Origin: Candidatus Latescibacterota bacterium | Lineage (GTDB): Bacteria > Latescibacterota > UBA2968 > UBA8231 | Length of the DNA: 64,000 bases | Assembly (NCBI GenBank): GCA_964291625.2 | Contig: OZ220089.1 | Coordinates: 544,001-608,000, forward strand | Direction: 5' to 3' | Made by a program: the position numbers and the translations under genes | Shown: positions 34,750 to 45,224 of the stretch, one piece after another | How positions within the stretch are numbered: the stretch's first letter is position 1 | How the letters are laid out: each line of letters begins with the position of its first letter | Notes under the pieces: generated by a model | Database searches by the model: none | What the model was told of the DNA's origin: nothing | Seen by the model: the letters and a program-made list of their open reading frames with translations, nothing else

Positions 34750-35658
34750 ATGAGGAACTGCCTTTCAGTGCTTGTCGCTCTCGGCCTCGTCTTCGGCCTG
34801 GTCGGGAGCGCCGACGCCCACATCGGGGAGAGGATCTTTCCCCTCTTCGAGCTCGGCGACGACGACATAGCCGACCTCGACTTCACGGACGACACGGTCG
34901 AGGACTGGGAGGACGTGGCCGGCGACGCGACGTACCTGCCCGTCGACTTCTTCGCGGATCCGACCGTGGGCGACGGCGCCCAGTACGATCCAGCCGACCT
35001 CGACTACCGCATCTGGTCCGCCTGGAACAGCTCCACTGGTACGATCTGGTTCGCCATGGAGCGCATCGACAACGTCTACTTCGGCAGGGAGTACGACGGC
35101 AGCAGCCCGTGGAACTACGAGGCCATCGAGGTCATGCTCGACGGCGACCACACGGGCGGCGACTACACCGGTTCGGCCAACCCGGACTGGAACGATGAGG
35201 AGAAGAAGCTCAACAACAACCGTCACGCGCAGCAGTACATCGGCGTGGCCGACGACCCCTCCGGCCGTCACGTCTTCTATCTCGGCGCCGGCGCTGAGTG
35301 GGTCAACGACCTGCCCTACGCCGACGGCGGAGGCTCCTCCGTGGGCGACGGGCCGACGGTCAGTACCATCGAGCTCTTCGTCACCCCCTTCGACGACCTG
35401 ATCTGGAACAGCCCCGATGACAGCCAGGCTTCCGACCTGTTCGACGGCAAGCTCATCGGCTACCAGATCTCGCTGCCCGACACCGACAAGGACGTTGGCC
35501 AGGATCGGGCGTTCCACACCCTGTCCGGTCAGGCTGCGACCTGGCGTTTTGCCGAGCGCTTTGTCGACGCCCGTCTGATCGGTCTGGACGACACTGGAGG
35601 CCCGCCCTCCGCCGTCGAAGAGAACTCCTGGGGCCGCATCAAGGCCGGGATGAAGTAG
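34750..35658 (+). CDS. Secreted acidic protein with C-terminal SAVEENSWGRIKAGMK tail; paralog of 4501-5445
   Basis: AAGGAG RBS; signal peptide ending ADA-H; shared motifs along the whole length with 4501-5445. Confidence 0.8.
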   Translation: MRNCLSVLVALGLVFGLVGSADAHIGERIFPLFELGDDDIADLDFTDDTVEDWEDVAGDATYLPVDFFADPTVGDGAQYDPADLDYRIWSAWNSSTGTIWFAMERIDNVYFGREYDGSSPWNYEAIEVMLDGDHTGGDYTGSANPDWNDEEKKLNNNRHAQQYIGVADDPSGRHVFYLGAGAEWVNDLPYADGGGSSVGDGPTVSTIELFVTPFDDLIWNSPDDSQASDLFDGKLIGYQISLPDTDKDVGQDRAFHTLSGQAATWRFAERFVDARLIGLDDTGGPPSAVEENSWGRIKAGMK

Positions 35659-35691
35659 GGTAACCGGTTTCTACTTGTTGATTCCCATGTG

Positions 35692-35730
35692 AAGAGAGGG
35701 AGGAGCCCATTCCTCCCTCTCTTTGCACTT
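35692..35730 (+). terminator. Intrinsic terminator / stabilising hairpin
   Basis: Perfect 13-bp stem aagagagggagga-gcccat-tcctccctctctt, then tgcactt; a second small hairpin aagtag..ctactt at 35653-35676. Confidence 0.65.
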
Positions 35731-35875
35731 GAGACGCGTTTCGGCACAAACGATTCGAGTGGTGAACGCGACCTCTGCAACTGCCGCGCAGTCCCGGACC
35801 CAGCCTCCCAGTCTTCGGGGCCGTTTTCCGGGCTGCAGTCTATGCTTGTCTACTACAACGGGAGGGAGCAGGGGA

Positions 35876-38368
35876 ATGAGAATCGGGATCTTCGCCGCGC
35901 TGGTCTTCTCGGTATGGGCGGTCGAGTCCGGCGCCGAGTTGCGCCTGTTCTCCATTCCCGGGGATGGCGACACCTGGGCCGGCATCCGGCAGGGGTCGGT
36001 CTCCGAGAACACGTACATCGAGCTCGTCGATCTCGAAGGCTACGAGGACGGCATCGGCCCCATCTTCCCGGCAAGATGGATCCCCGTTCCCGAAATACCC
36101 CTCGACCTGACCGCCGAAGAGGCGGACGCGTCCCTCGACTCCCTGCTCCTCGCTTTCTCCTACCACGTGACCCGCACCGACGTGGTGGCACCGGAGGACG
36201 TGGAGTTGGAGGACGGCACCGTCCTCGCCGCCGGGTCCATCCTGATCCCCCGATGGAGCCCCTTCCCCCGCAGCCTGGAAGGGGTGCAGTTGCTGCGCCG
36301 GGCCGGCGTCACCGAGATCCATGCCATGATCAACGTGGCCGAGTCCTTCCCCCGCCCCCCGGGCGCCGACAAGTACAACAAGAGTCTGAACCTCACCTAC
36401 CTCGCGATCTGGGAGAGAGCCCTCACCGGCATCCGCCGCCAGGAGGGCCTGGCCCGCGTCTTCGACGGCGACCCCACCAGCCACTTCGCCCGCATCGACC
36501 GGGTAGGACAGGACGTGACCCAGAAGTGGGGGCTCTACGTCGACCTGGGGCATTACTTCCCCGTCCGTCTCTTCCGCCTCTATCCCAGCCTCGAGGAGCC
36601 GGTGCGCGTCTCCGCCTACACCTTCTATCGCGGTCTGCCCGACACCGAGACGGAGATCGCCGGCCTCAGCCTGGAAGATCCGAATACAGGGCCCCTGGGT
36701 TACCCCTTGTTCAGCAAGATCGGGGATACCTTTCCCACCTGGCTCCCCGAGGCCAGCGTGCCGGTCAACCGGCAGGACACGATCGCCGTGGTCTTCGACC
36801 CGCCCGTGCAGATGCGCTATTCGAGGATGGACTTCGAGACTCCGCTGGACTACGACCTCGCCGAGATGGAGTACTACGCCGACGGTTTCGTGCGCAGCGC
36901 GGTGTACACCTCCAACGCCCTGCCTCTGCCCCCGGCAACCCTGGGCCGGATCTTCTGGGACGAGGAGAAGATCGGCGATCCCACCCGGTCGAGGATGATC
37001 GTCCGCGTGCGCACCGGCTTCACCACCGAGCCCGACGTGCTGTTCCAGATCAACTATCTCGACCGCGAGGTGGAGTGGCGCCGGGGCGAGGGAAACGCGA
37101 ACATCGTCGACAGGCGGCCCGGTTCCACCACCTGGGGCGAACTGGTGGACCTGGAGTCCAAGGACTTCAACATCGAGGCACGCGACATCTGGAGCGCCGC
37201 CCTGCCCGAGGACCGCGCCTCCATCCGCCTGAGCCGCGAGGACTACATCGGGCTTCCGGTGAGCGTGCGCGGCCGCATCGAGCCCGATCTCGAGTTCTGG
37301 AGCAGCACCCAGGTGGCCACCAACGGCGACCTGGTCCCGGCCCCGAGCGGGCGGCCCTATGTGCAGGTGGAGGTGGCCTTCACCAGCCAGTCACCGGAGT
37401 CGGCCACCATCCTGCGCAACCTCCGCATCGAGTACTCGTCCCCGCAGAGCACCGACGAGCTCTTCGGCGAGATCGCCCCGGCGGCTGAGGTCATCGCCGG
37501 CCGCGACACCTCCTTCGTGCTGGCCCTCCAGGCTTCCCTCGGCGCCGGCAACAGCGGCTTCAACCGGCTGCAGGTCTCTACCCCGGTGCGCACCGGGGGC
37601 ATCGAGGAACTGGAGATGGACCTAGGCGACGGCCAGGTGCTGCGGTTGGAGAACGAGGGCGAGGCGGAGGGAGAGATCCCCGCTGGGCGGTTCCGGGAGC
37701 TGCACGTGGCCGACGATCGGTTCGTCCTCGGCTTCCCCCGCCTCGAGCCGGCAGGCGACGGGGAGGCGCTCGAGGTGCTTCTGAAGGCCCGATTCCGCTG
37801 CCGGGTCATCGACTTCCGCACCCCCTTCACCGCCAGCGTCTTCCTCGATACACTGGGCCTGGAGGTGGAGCGCGACTACAGCTCCAGGGGGATCCTCGCC
37901 CTCGCCGGCGGTGAGAGCGCCCTCGACACCCTGGCCTTCTTCCTGCCTCAGCAGGCGACCAGCCGCGACATCGTCGACTTCGCGGCGACGGACAACCTCT
38001 CCGACCGCAACTCGCTGATAGTCACCGCCGATATCTCCGCCCAGAGCAGCCAACTGGTGAGCAACATCCGCATCGGGCCCAATCCCTTCACCCCCAACGG
38101 CGACGGCATCAACGACGAGATGACCGTCTCACTCGACGTGCAGCGACTGGTGACGCCGAAGCCCGTCCGTCTGGAGATCTTCGATCTCGGCGGCCGGCGC
38201 CTGCATCTCATCGAGCGCGAGTTGGCCTCGGGCGGCTATTCCCAGCAGTGGGACGGCCGCGACGCCAACGGGCAGTTGGTCCCACCCGGCATCTACATAC
38301 TCAGCATCTCCACCGATGCCGATGACGCCGGCGATGCCAGGACGCGCACCGTCTCCGTAGCCTACTGA
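35876..38368 (+). CDS. Secreted protein with discoidin-like region and C-terminal FlgD-Ig/CHU_C-type domain (830 aa)
   Basis: Signal peptide; FDGDPTSHF...YVDLGHYFPV; C-terminal PNPFTPNGDGINDE...IFDLGGR...WDGRDANGQLVPPGIYI...VSVAY. Confidence 0.8.
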   Translation: MRIGIFAALVFSVWAVESGAELRLFSIPGDGDTWAGIRQGSVSENTYIELVDLEGYEDGIGPIFPARWIPVPEIPLDLTAEEADASLDSLLLAFSYHVTRTDVVAPEDVELEDGTVLAAGSILIPRWSPFPRSLEGVQLLRRAGVTEIHAMINVAESFPRPPGADKYNKSLNLTYLAIWERALTGIRRQEGLARVFDGDPTSHFARIDRVGQDVTQKWGLYVDLGHYFPVRLFRLYPSLEEPVRVSAYTFYRGLPDTETEIAGLSLEDPNTGPLGYPLFSKIGDTFPTWLPEASVPVNRQDTIAVVFDPPVQMRYSRMDFETPLDYDLAEMEYYADGFVRSAVYTSNALPLPPATLGRIFWDEEKIGDPTRSRMIVRVRTGFTTEPDVLFQINYLDREVEWRRGEGNANIVDRRPGSTTWGELVDLESKDFNIEARDIWSAALPEDRASIRLSREDYIGLPVSVRGRIEPDLEFWSSTQVATNGDLVPAPSGRPYVQVEVAFTSQSPESATILRNLRIEYSSPQSTDELFGEIAPAAEVIAGRDTSFVLALQASLGAGNSGFNRLQVSTPVRTGGIEELEMDLGDGQVLRLENEGEAEGEIPAGRFRELHVADDRFVLGFPRLEPAGDGEALEVLLKARFRCRVIDFRTPFTASVFLDTLGLEVERDYSSRGILALAGGESALDTLAFFLPQQATSRDIVDFAATDNLSDRNSLIVTADISAQSSQLVSNIRIGPNPFTPNGDGINDEMTVSLDVQRLVTPKPVRLEIFDLGGRRLHLIERELASGGYSQQWDGRDANGQLVPPGIYILSISTDADDAGDARTRTVSVAY

Positions 38369-38410
38369 GGCCCCCCGAGAGTCCGAGAGTACGGAAAGAG
38401 AGGAATCGCC

Positions 38411-41400
38411 ATGAAACGGCATCTGACGTTGGGGGCGTACATCGCCCTGGTTTCCCTGCCGGAGGGTCTCCTGGCCCAGGCCGATCCCGCCTACCGACTG
38501 CAGGGCAACTCGATCCGGGTGGACCGGGTCTCCCACTGGAACAACTGGATCTACCAGAACGACCTGGTCACCAGTCTCAACGCGCCCGTCGGGGGTGTGA
38601 ACATCCTCGAGGTCGGTGCAGGCGGCCTGCGGCCCGTGTTCTTCCGCCGCAACGTCAACGTCGCTCCCACGGCCACGCACTTCACCTACAAGGACCAGGT
38701 CCGCGCCCAAGGGGCGTTGACCCAGGGGGGGACCTCCGCCAAGTCCAACGAAGGCCTGGCCGACAACGTCATCGACGGCGACCTGACCACGTTCTGGGAG
38801 CCGGACACGCCCGCCGACTACCCCAGCCGCCTGGACGCTCCCGGCCACTTCCATCTCGACGGCCTGCGCGAGTGGGAGGTGGAGATCGACCTCGGCCGGC
38901 TGGTCTTCGCCGACAGCCTGACCTTCATCTTCCCCTCGGACCAGTTCGAGGGCGAGTTCCTCGGCCAGCCGGTCAAGGCCTTCGCGGTCTTCGCCTCCAT
39001 GGGCGAACGCTTCCCCTTTCCCCTGGGCAACAATCTGCGCTTCACCCTCGTGGCCCAGGCGTCGACAGGCGTTGTCGGGGCGGACGGCGTGGAGCTGGTG
39101 CCCGTGCCCGGCACGGAGGGGAGGTACGCGCAGATGACCTTCGGCCTGGTGCCCCTGGACCGGGCCGACTGGGATCTCGACGGCATCCCCGACATCAGCG
39201 GGACCTTCCTCCAGTATATCCGCTTCAAGGCCACGGCTTCCGATCTCTGGCGCGATGCCTTCCTCGGGTCGGGCGAGGAGGCCCGTCTCGCCTATGAGGC
39301 CCTGCCCGCCGAGCGGCGCGGCGCCGTCATCTATCAGCGCCTGACGGCCGGCGGCCTGCTCGTGGACCTCCGGGACGACGGCAACCAGACAGCCCGGGAG
39401 AAGCACCAGACCCTGCCCGAGGCCAAGCGCGGGCCGATCCTGTACTACGTCAAGGAGGTCCCCCGCCTCGCCGAAGTCCAGGTCTGGACCCGGGGCGACA
39501 ACTACGCCTACCAGCCGGAGAGCCGCGCCGGCGACTCCTTCGAGCACGGCGGCCTGGGCGCGCCCGAGCTGGCCACCGACGGCAACTACGACACGGAGTG
39601 GCAGGCCAATACCTGGTCGCCCGTCTACGTCAAGGGCACCGCCTGGTACGACCTGGGCGCCGTGTTCTGGGTGGACAACCTCTCCGTGGTCAACAAGCGC
39701 ATCAACCAGAGCAACCACGGCGCCTTCATCGGCCCCGGCATTCTGGTCTCCGACGGCACCCTGCTCAAACCGGTTGCCATGGAGGACCGCGGCGACTTCA
39801 CCCAGCTCGAGGACGGGCTCCAGTGGCACAACATCATCGGCGAGGAGAAGCTCACCAACCGCACGTCCAAGGTCCGCATCTTCCAGGAGGATTTTCCCCT
39901 GCGCAAGATCCGCTTCCTGCAGATCCGCGATCTCGACATAACCGGCTCCAGTTCCGGCCGGTACGGCGCGCTGGCGACCCTGGCCGAGTTCCAGCTCTTC
40001 GGCGAGGGCTACCCGGTCAGCGTCTGGGCCTACTCGCCCCCCATCGCCCTGACCGACTCGCGGGGCGAGTTCGTCCGCAAGACCCTGCCCCGCATCAGTT
40101 GGGAAGGCGACATCATCGTCCGCGAGACCGACCCCCTCACCGGCGAGGCGGTCGAGCGCTTCGAGCCGCTGCACAGCGATCCGGATGTCCGCCTCCAGGT
40201 GCAGACCCGCACCTCCGACCAGACCGACAGCCTCTTCACCTACTTCGAGGTCGTCTCCGTCGCCGGCAGCGAGGAGCGCACGGAGGTCACCAAGGATCGC
40301 CACGACCAGATCGCCCTGCAGTGGGCGGCCTGGGAGTACTGGCAGACCCTGCCCAGCGACCAGCGGCACGCCTCGCGCCACGACGACGACGGCGACGGCC
40401 TGGAGGACGAGGACGAGATCGACTTCAAGGACAACGACGGCGACGGCCTGGTCGACGAGGACGGCAAGAAGCTGCGCCGGGCGCCGCGGTCGACCTTCGC
40501 CAGGGACGGAGAGTTGGCCTTCGTCGGCTGGAGCCCCTGGAGCGAGAGCTACCTGCCCACCAACGGCCTCAGCCAGGCGACGGTCACCTCTCCCAACCCG
40601 CGCAAGTTCATCCAGGTCCGCGTCAACATCCTGTCGGAGGATCCCTTCAAGACGGCCCGCATCCGCAGCCTGCGCATCGACCTGGCGCCTCCCGTCGCCC
40701 TGGAGCTGGTGGGGGAGCTGGCCCTGCTCAGCGACGACGGTGCCGGGCGGGCGCTGACCGATCTGGATGTTCTGCCCACCGACTACACCCCCCCCACCGG
40801 CATCGATCCCCTCAAGGCCCAGCGGTTCTCCTACTTCATCCGTTCCGCCGGGCCCGATCCGACCGTGCGCGGCGGCTTCGACGAGGTGCTGATCACCACG
40901 CCCCGCGCCTCCCGCCTCACCGGGGTCCGTCTCGGCCGAGTGGAGGTCGCCCGCAGGTCCTCCGCCCTCGACCCGGAGCAGGAGGAGACCGCCGCGGTGG
41001 CCACCCGCTTCGACCACGTCTTCGCCCCCGGCGGCGACGGGGTCTTCCGCAACGAGGCCGGTCAGATCCTGGAGCAGGTGGCGGCCGGTGCCGACTCCGT
41101 CTGGGTCCGTTTTCCCTTCTCCGTCAACACCGGCCTGCCGGGGGGGGAGCACGCCCTCATCGAGGTGCAGTTCGAGTCGCAGAGCTTCCGGGAAGGCATC
41201 GAGTACACCTCCTTCGTGCGCTCCTCCGACTCGGAGGAGGTGGTCTTCCAGCGGGTGGACATCGACTCCCGGGACGCCACCGAGCTGGTGGCCTCCTCCA
41301 CGACGAGGGTGGGCCTGGCGGAGCTCGTGGGACCGCTGATTCAGGACGTGGCGCTGGCCCGGGTCTTCACACCCAACGGAGACGGCGTCAACGACGAGTT

Positions 41401-41656
41401 GCCTGTGAGCTTCGCCCTCCTGAAGGTGCTGCAGGAGCGGCCCCTGGAAGTGGAGTTCTTCGACCTGGGGGGCCGCCTCGTCGGCCGGGGAAGGAATACG
41501 GCGGGAGCCCCCAAGGCCGGGTACAACACCTTCACCTGGGATGGCCGTGACCCGGGCGGCCGGCTGGTGGCGCCGGGGATCTACCTGTGCCGGATCAAGG
41601 TCGAGGCCGACGTCGAGGACAGCCAGTTCATGCGGCTCGTCCACGTGGCTTATTGA
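38411..41656 (+). CDS. Secreted protein with two discoidin-like regions, DxDGDG Ca-binding motifs and C-terminal FlgD-Ig domain (1081 aa)
   Basis: VIDGDLTTFW..EIDLGR; ATDGNYDTEW..YDLGA; DDDGDGLEDED/DNDGDGLVDED; FTPNGDGVND...WDGRD.GGRLVAPGIYL...VHVAY. Confidence 0.8.
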   Translation: MKRHLTLGAYIALVSLPEGLLAQADPAYRLQGNSIRVDRVSHWNNWIYQNDLVTSLNAPVGGVNILEVGAGGLRPVFFRRNVNVAPTATHFTYKDQVRAQGALTQGGTSAKSNEGLADNVIDGDLTTFWEPDTPADYPSRLDAPGHFHLDGLREWEVEIDLGRLVFADSLTFIFPSDQFEGEFLGQPVKAFAVFASMGERFPFPLGNNLRFTLVAQASTGVVGADGVELVPVPGTEGRYAQMTFGLVPLDRADWDLDGIPDISGTFLQYIRFKATASDLWRDAFLGSGEEARLAYEALPAERRGAVIYQRLTAGGLLVDLRDDGNQTAREKHQTLPEAKRGPILYYVKEVPRLAEVQVWTRGDNYAYQPESRAGDSFEHGGLGAPELATDGNYDTEWQANTWSPVYVKGTAWYDLGAVFWVDNLSVVNKRINQSNHGAFIGPGILVSDGTLLKPVAMEDRGDFTQLEDGLQWHNIIGEEKLTNRTSKVRIFQEDFPLRKIRFLQIRDLDITGSSSGRYGALATLAEFQLFGEGYPVSVWAYSPPIALTDSRGEFVRKTLPRISWEGDIIVRETDPLTGEAVERFEPLHSDPDVRLQVQTRTSDQTDSLFTYFEVVSVAGSEERTEVTKDRHDQIALQWAAWEYWQTLPSDQRHASRHDDDGDGLEDEDEIDFKDNDGDGLVDEDGKKLRRAPRSTFARDGELAFVGWSPWSESYLPTNGLSQATVTSPNPRKFIQVRVNILSEDPFKTARIRSLRIDLAPPVALELVGELALLSDDGAGRALTDLDVLPTDYTPPTGIDPLKAQRFSYFIRSAGPDPTVRGGFDEVLITTPRASRLTGVRLGRVEVARRSSALDPEQEETAAVATRFDHVFAPGGDGVFRNEAGQILEQVAAGADSVWVRFPFSVNTGLPGGEHALIEVQFESQSFREGIEYTSFVRSSDSEEVVFQRVDIDSRDATELVASSTTRVGLAELVGPLIQDVALARVFTPNGDGVNDELPVSFALLKVLQERPLEVEFFDLGGRLVGRGRNTAGAPKAGYNTFTWDGRDPGGRLVAPGIYLCRIKVEADVEDSQFMRLVHVAY

Positions 41657-41682
41657 GACAGAGCAAACAAAGGGAGGAATCT

Positions 41683-44433
41683 GTGGACATAGCGAGGAGT
41701 TGGCGCCCCGGTGCGCTGGCAGTGCTGATGCTTGGAGTGACGGCTCAGGACCTGCCGGCGCAGGAGGACTTCGGAGCCCGGCTGGGTGTGCGCCGGGGCG
41801 GCGAAGTCCATTACGCGCCAACGGGCCCCGGCGTGCTCTTCGACGCCCTGGATCCGGCGGTCAAGAAGTGGTACGTGCCGCAGGAGTTGTTCAACGAGTA
41901 CCAATGGCGGCAACAGGAGTACACCAACTACGCCCGCCGGCACTATCAGCGATTCGTGAACACCAGTCTGGAAGGTGAGTACTTCTACGATCTCTACGGC
42001 AACTACGTCACCCGGGGCCGTCTGGTCTACGACTGGAACGTGGCGGCGCCGCAGACGTCGGGCAGCAGCCTCTTCAAGACCAACTTCTACGGCTGGTTCT
42101 CCAACCTGATCGTCGCCTCGGACCAGAAGGGCCAGTACTCCTATGCCATGACCGTCGGCGACCGCATCCGCACCACCCTGACGCCGATGACCTTCTCCAA
42201 GCCGTCCTTCGCCGGCATTCAGCTGGACATGGCCACCGACAAGTACGAGGCCACCCTCCTCGTCTCCCGTCCCAGCGCCCCCGGGAACATCGAGGGGCCG
42301 GAGGCGACCAGCACCGGCCGGTTCCGGTCGAACGACACCAACCTGCTCGGGGGCCGGGGCACCGTGCAGGTGGGCGACTTCGTCAAGCTGGGCGGGACCT
42401 ACGTGAACGCCTTCAACTCCTCCACCAAGGGACAGGCCTTCCAGGGCAACCCCTTCAAGGGGACCCTGACAGAGGGCCAGAACGCCGCCGACATCACGCG
42501 CATCGAGGTGCGCCTGAGCGACGATTCGCCCGAGGACGACATCGCCGGCGCCGCCTACTACCAGGAGGAAGTGATCATCACCACCATCGACGGCGAGCGC
42601 ATCAGCAACCGCCGCCGGATCGGCGACAGCAACATCCTCGACTTCCATCCCTCCGTGCAGGGAGGCTTCCTCAACCCCCAGGGCTTCCTCTCCGCCGACG
42701 GCCGGGAGATCATCGTCCTCATCTACGACCTCACGGGACCCCAGTACCAGGCTTCCTTCGGCCCCCAGCCCGAGCAGATCCGGAACATCGAGTTCCGCTT
42801 CCTCCTGGCCAACGACTACCGCATCGACCTCACCTCCGACCGCCAGCTCAACGACAACGACCAGCCGGTCCTGCTCTCCGAGGGCATTCCGGAACGGACC
42901 CTGCGGGCGCCGGGCAACGTTCAGGACGGCTCGAACCAGGGCTTCGTGAGCGTCAAGTACGGCCTGCCCGTGGCCAACGAGATCTTCGGCGGCACCATCG
43001 ACATCACCGACGTGGGCGGTTTCTTCCTCTCCGCCGAGTACGACCGCAACCGCCAGCACTTCCGTTATCCCCGGCGGACCGAGGTGGACGTGACCAATCA
43101 CCACTCCCACAACACCTCGGCCGACGCCTGGTTCGTCAACCTCTACAAGCGGTCCTATCCCTACTTCGGTTTCGGCGAGGTCTACAGTGTCGACGCCGGC
43201 TACAGCACCAGCACCTACCTGGCGGGCACCCTGAACGACGCCGCCGACATCCACTACGACAACGAGCTCCGCTTCGTCTACGAGTTCGTGGACGACAACG
43301 ACGATCAGGACCGCAATCCAGACTGGCGTCGGGCCAACTTCGGCCACGACCGGAGGGTTTTTCCCGGGTACGACGAGAACAACGACTTCATCAACGACTA
43401 CAACCAGAACGACACGGAGTACCGCCGCAACCGGCAGCCAGACTACGAGGAGCCCTTCCTGCGCTACTCCTCGGACCGGCCCGAGTTCCTCTTCGGCATC
43501 GACATGAACAACAACGGCGTCGTCGACCGCTTCGAGAACGACGACTTCCCCGACTACCTCTACAAGAGGGACCGGCGCGGCTACAATATCTACGCCGGTG
43601 CCCACCTGGGGCCCGAGGCGCGCCTCACCGTGGGCCGCCTCGACGAGCGCCAGCTGGCAGACGACCGCCGCAACGCCACCAACTACGTTCTGCTCACCTT
43701 CGACAAGGACTACGCGGGCCTGGGGCGCGTGCAGGTCTTCAACAACTACCGGCGGGCCCAGGACGACATCCGCGACCACGTGATCGAGTGGGTCGTCCTC
43801 GAAGGCTCGCGTGGAGAGCTCATCGACTACGACGATCCCCTGCCCTTGCGCGACGGTTGGGCCAACACCCTGTACCTGGGCTACCAGTACCGGGGGGATC
43901 GCCTTCAGATGCGCAACCGGGTCAAGTGGGAGGTCATTGGCCAGTCCAACTACTCCGAGCGCCCCGTGGAGCAGCGGAACCTCCGCGAGACGGCCTCCTT
44001 CGTGGGCGTCCTCAACAAGATCGACTACACCCTCGATCTCGGCGTTTTCAAGGTCCAGCCCCGGTGGAAGAGCGAGTTCCTGCGCCAGCGCCCCTCGCCC
44101 CGGGAGAACACCCTGGTGCGCGTGGCCACCACCGAGCTGCGCGAGCTCGGCTCCCTGGTCCTGCGCCTGCCGATCCTGTCCCACACGGAGCTGCAGACGG
44201 GTCTCGAGTACCTTCTCGTGAGGCAGTTCCGCGAGGAGTTGAAGACCCACCAGTTGCGCTCGGACCGCGACGAGATGGTCTATGCCCTTCAGTTCACCAA
44301 CAACGCGGAGTACGGCGGTTACGACCTGTGGACTCAGACCGGCTTCCGGGTCTCCCGCATCGACCGTGCCTCGGCGGACAAGGCGCGGACGGAGACGACC
44401 ATGTTCGTAACCATCTTCGCCGGCGTAGAGTAG
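41683..44433 (+). CDS. Probable outer-membrane beta-barrel protein of unknown family (916 aa)
   Basis: GGAGG RBS and GTG 41683; signal peptide; about 13 amphipathic strands in the last 300 aa ending TMFVTIFAGVE; acidic DxNxNG-type loops. Confidence 0.65.
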   Translation: MDIARSWRPGALAVLMLGVTAQDLPAQEDFGARLGVRRGGEVHYAPTGPGVLFDALDPAVKKWYVPQELFNEYQWRQQEYTNYARRHYQRFVNTSLEGEYFYDLYGNYVTRGRLVYDWNVAAPQTSGSSLFKTNFYGWFSNLIVASDQKGQYSYAMTVGDRIRTTLTPMTFSKPSFAGIQLDMATDKYEATLLVSRPSAPGNIEGPEATSTGRFRSNDTNLLGGRGTVQVGDFVKLGGTYVNAFNSSTKGQAFQGNPFKGTLTEGQNAADITRIEVRLSDDSPEDDIAGAAYYQEEVIITTIDGERISNRRRIGDSNILDFHPSVQGGFLNPQGFLSADGREIIVLIYDLTGPQYQASFGPQPEQIRNIEFRFLLANDYRIDLTSDRQLNDNDQPVLLSEGIPERTLRAPGNVQDGSNQGFVSVKYGLPVANEIFGGTIDITDVGGFFLSAEYDRNRQHFRYPRRTEVDVTNHHSHNTSADAWFVNLYKRSYPYFGFGEVYSVDAGYSTSTYLAGTLNDAADIHYDNELRFVYEFVDDNDDQDRNPDWRRANFGHDRRVFPGYDENNDFINDYNQNDTEYRRNRQPDYEEPFLRYSSDRPEFLFGIDMNNNGVVDRFENDDFPDYLYKRDRRGYNIYAGAHLGPEARLTVGRLDERQLADDRRNATNYVLLTFDKDYAGLGRVQVFNNYRRAQDDIRDHVIEWVVLEGSRGELIDYDDPLPLRDGWANTLYLGYQYRGDRLQMRNRVKWEVIGQSNYSERPVEQRNLRETASFVGVLNKIDYTLDLGVFKVQPRWKSEFLRQRPSPRENTLVRVATTELRELGSLVLRLPILSHTELQTGLEYLLVRQFREELKTHQLRSDRDEMVYALQFTNNAEYGGYDLWTQTGFRVSRIDRASADKARTETTMFVTIFAGVE

Positions 44434-44442
44434 GAGGTGATC

Positions 44443-45198
44443 ATGACCAGGTGGCTCATTCCGCTGTTTCCGGCCCTGCTGCTTTCGGCCTGTTCCTACC
44501 GCTACTACGCGGACCCCCTCACGCCCCTCAGCGAGGCCGAGCAGGGGGAGAACAAGAGCGTCGCCGACGACGGCACGGTCACCCACACGCAGGGCCGCCT
44601 CGAAGTCGGCCTGCGGCCCATGACCGACGAGGAGCTGAACCGGCAGTTCAGCTCCTTCTCCATGGACGGGGCGGACTCCCGCAACCCCTACACCTTCGGC
44701 AACTCCACCTATTTCCGCACCGGGGAGACGCCCCAGCGCTTCACCGTTTTCCGCGCTACCATCTCCAACTACCAGTACCCGAAGGTCTACCTGGATCCCG
44801 AGAGGGTCTATATCACCACCTCCAACGGCCGCAAGTACTACGCCCTGACCCGCGAGCAGCTCTGGATCTACTACCACCGCTACGTCGGCGGAGGCCACGG
44901 CGGCGGCGACCCCGGGATGAGCGGCAACGCACACCACGTGTGGAAGGAGAGGGACGGCATCCTGCGCAACACCATGTTCCCCGACCTGCCGGTCTTCAGC
45001 GCCCAGGAGGCCGAGGGGTACCTGGTCTTCAGGCCCCTGGCTCCCGACGTGGAGGAGTTGACCGTCCACATCCCCGGCCTGGTGGTGCGCTTCGACTTCA
45101 GGGGCGACCCGGCAGAGTCGGTGGACATTGCCATGCGCTTCGAGCGGGAGATCGGCCGCGTCTACCCGGACGGCAGCAGGGTAGCCACAAACGAATAA
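44443..45198 (+). CDS. Hypothetical lipoprotein; paralog of 53812-54606
   Basis: GGAGG RBS; lipobox LSA-C; ADDG.V...GRLEV.LRP.TD.ELNRQF, NPYTFG, RFTVF, FSAQEAEGYLVF, RFERE.GR. Confidence 0.8.
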   Translation: MTRWLIPLFPALLLSACSYRYYADPLTPLSEAEQGENKSVADDGTVTHTQGRLEVGLRPMTDEELNRQFSSFSMDGADSRNPYTFGNSTYFRTGETPQRFTVFRATISNYQYPKVYLDPERVYITTSNGRKYYALTREQLWIYYHRYVGGGHGGGDPGMSGNAHHVWKERDGILRNTMFPDLPVFSAQEAEGYLVFRPLAPDVEELTVHIPGLVVRFDFRGDPAESVDIAMRFEREIGRVYPDGSRVATNE

Positions 45199-45224
45199 CA
45201 AGGTCTCCTTCGGACCATCACCTG

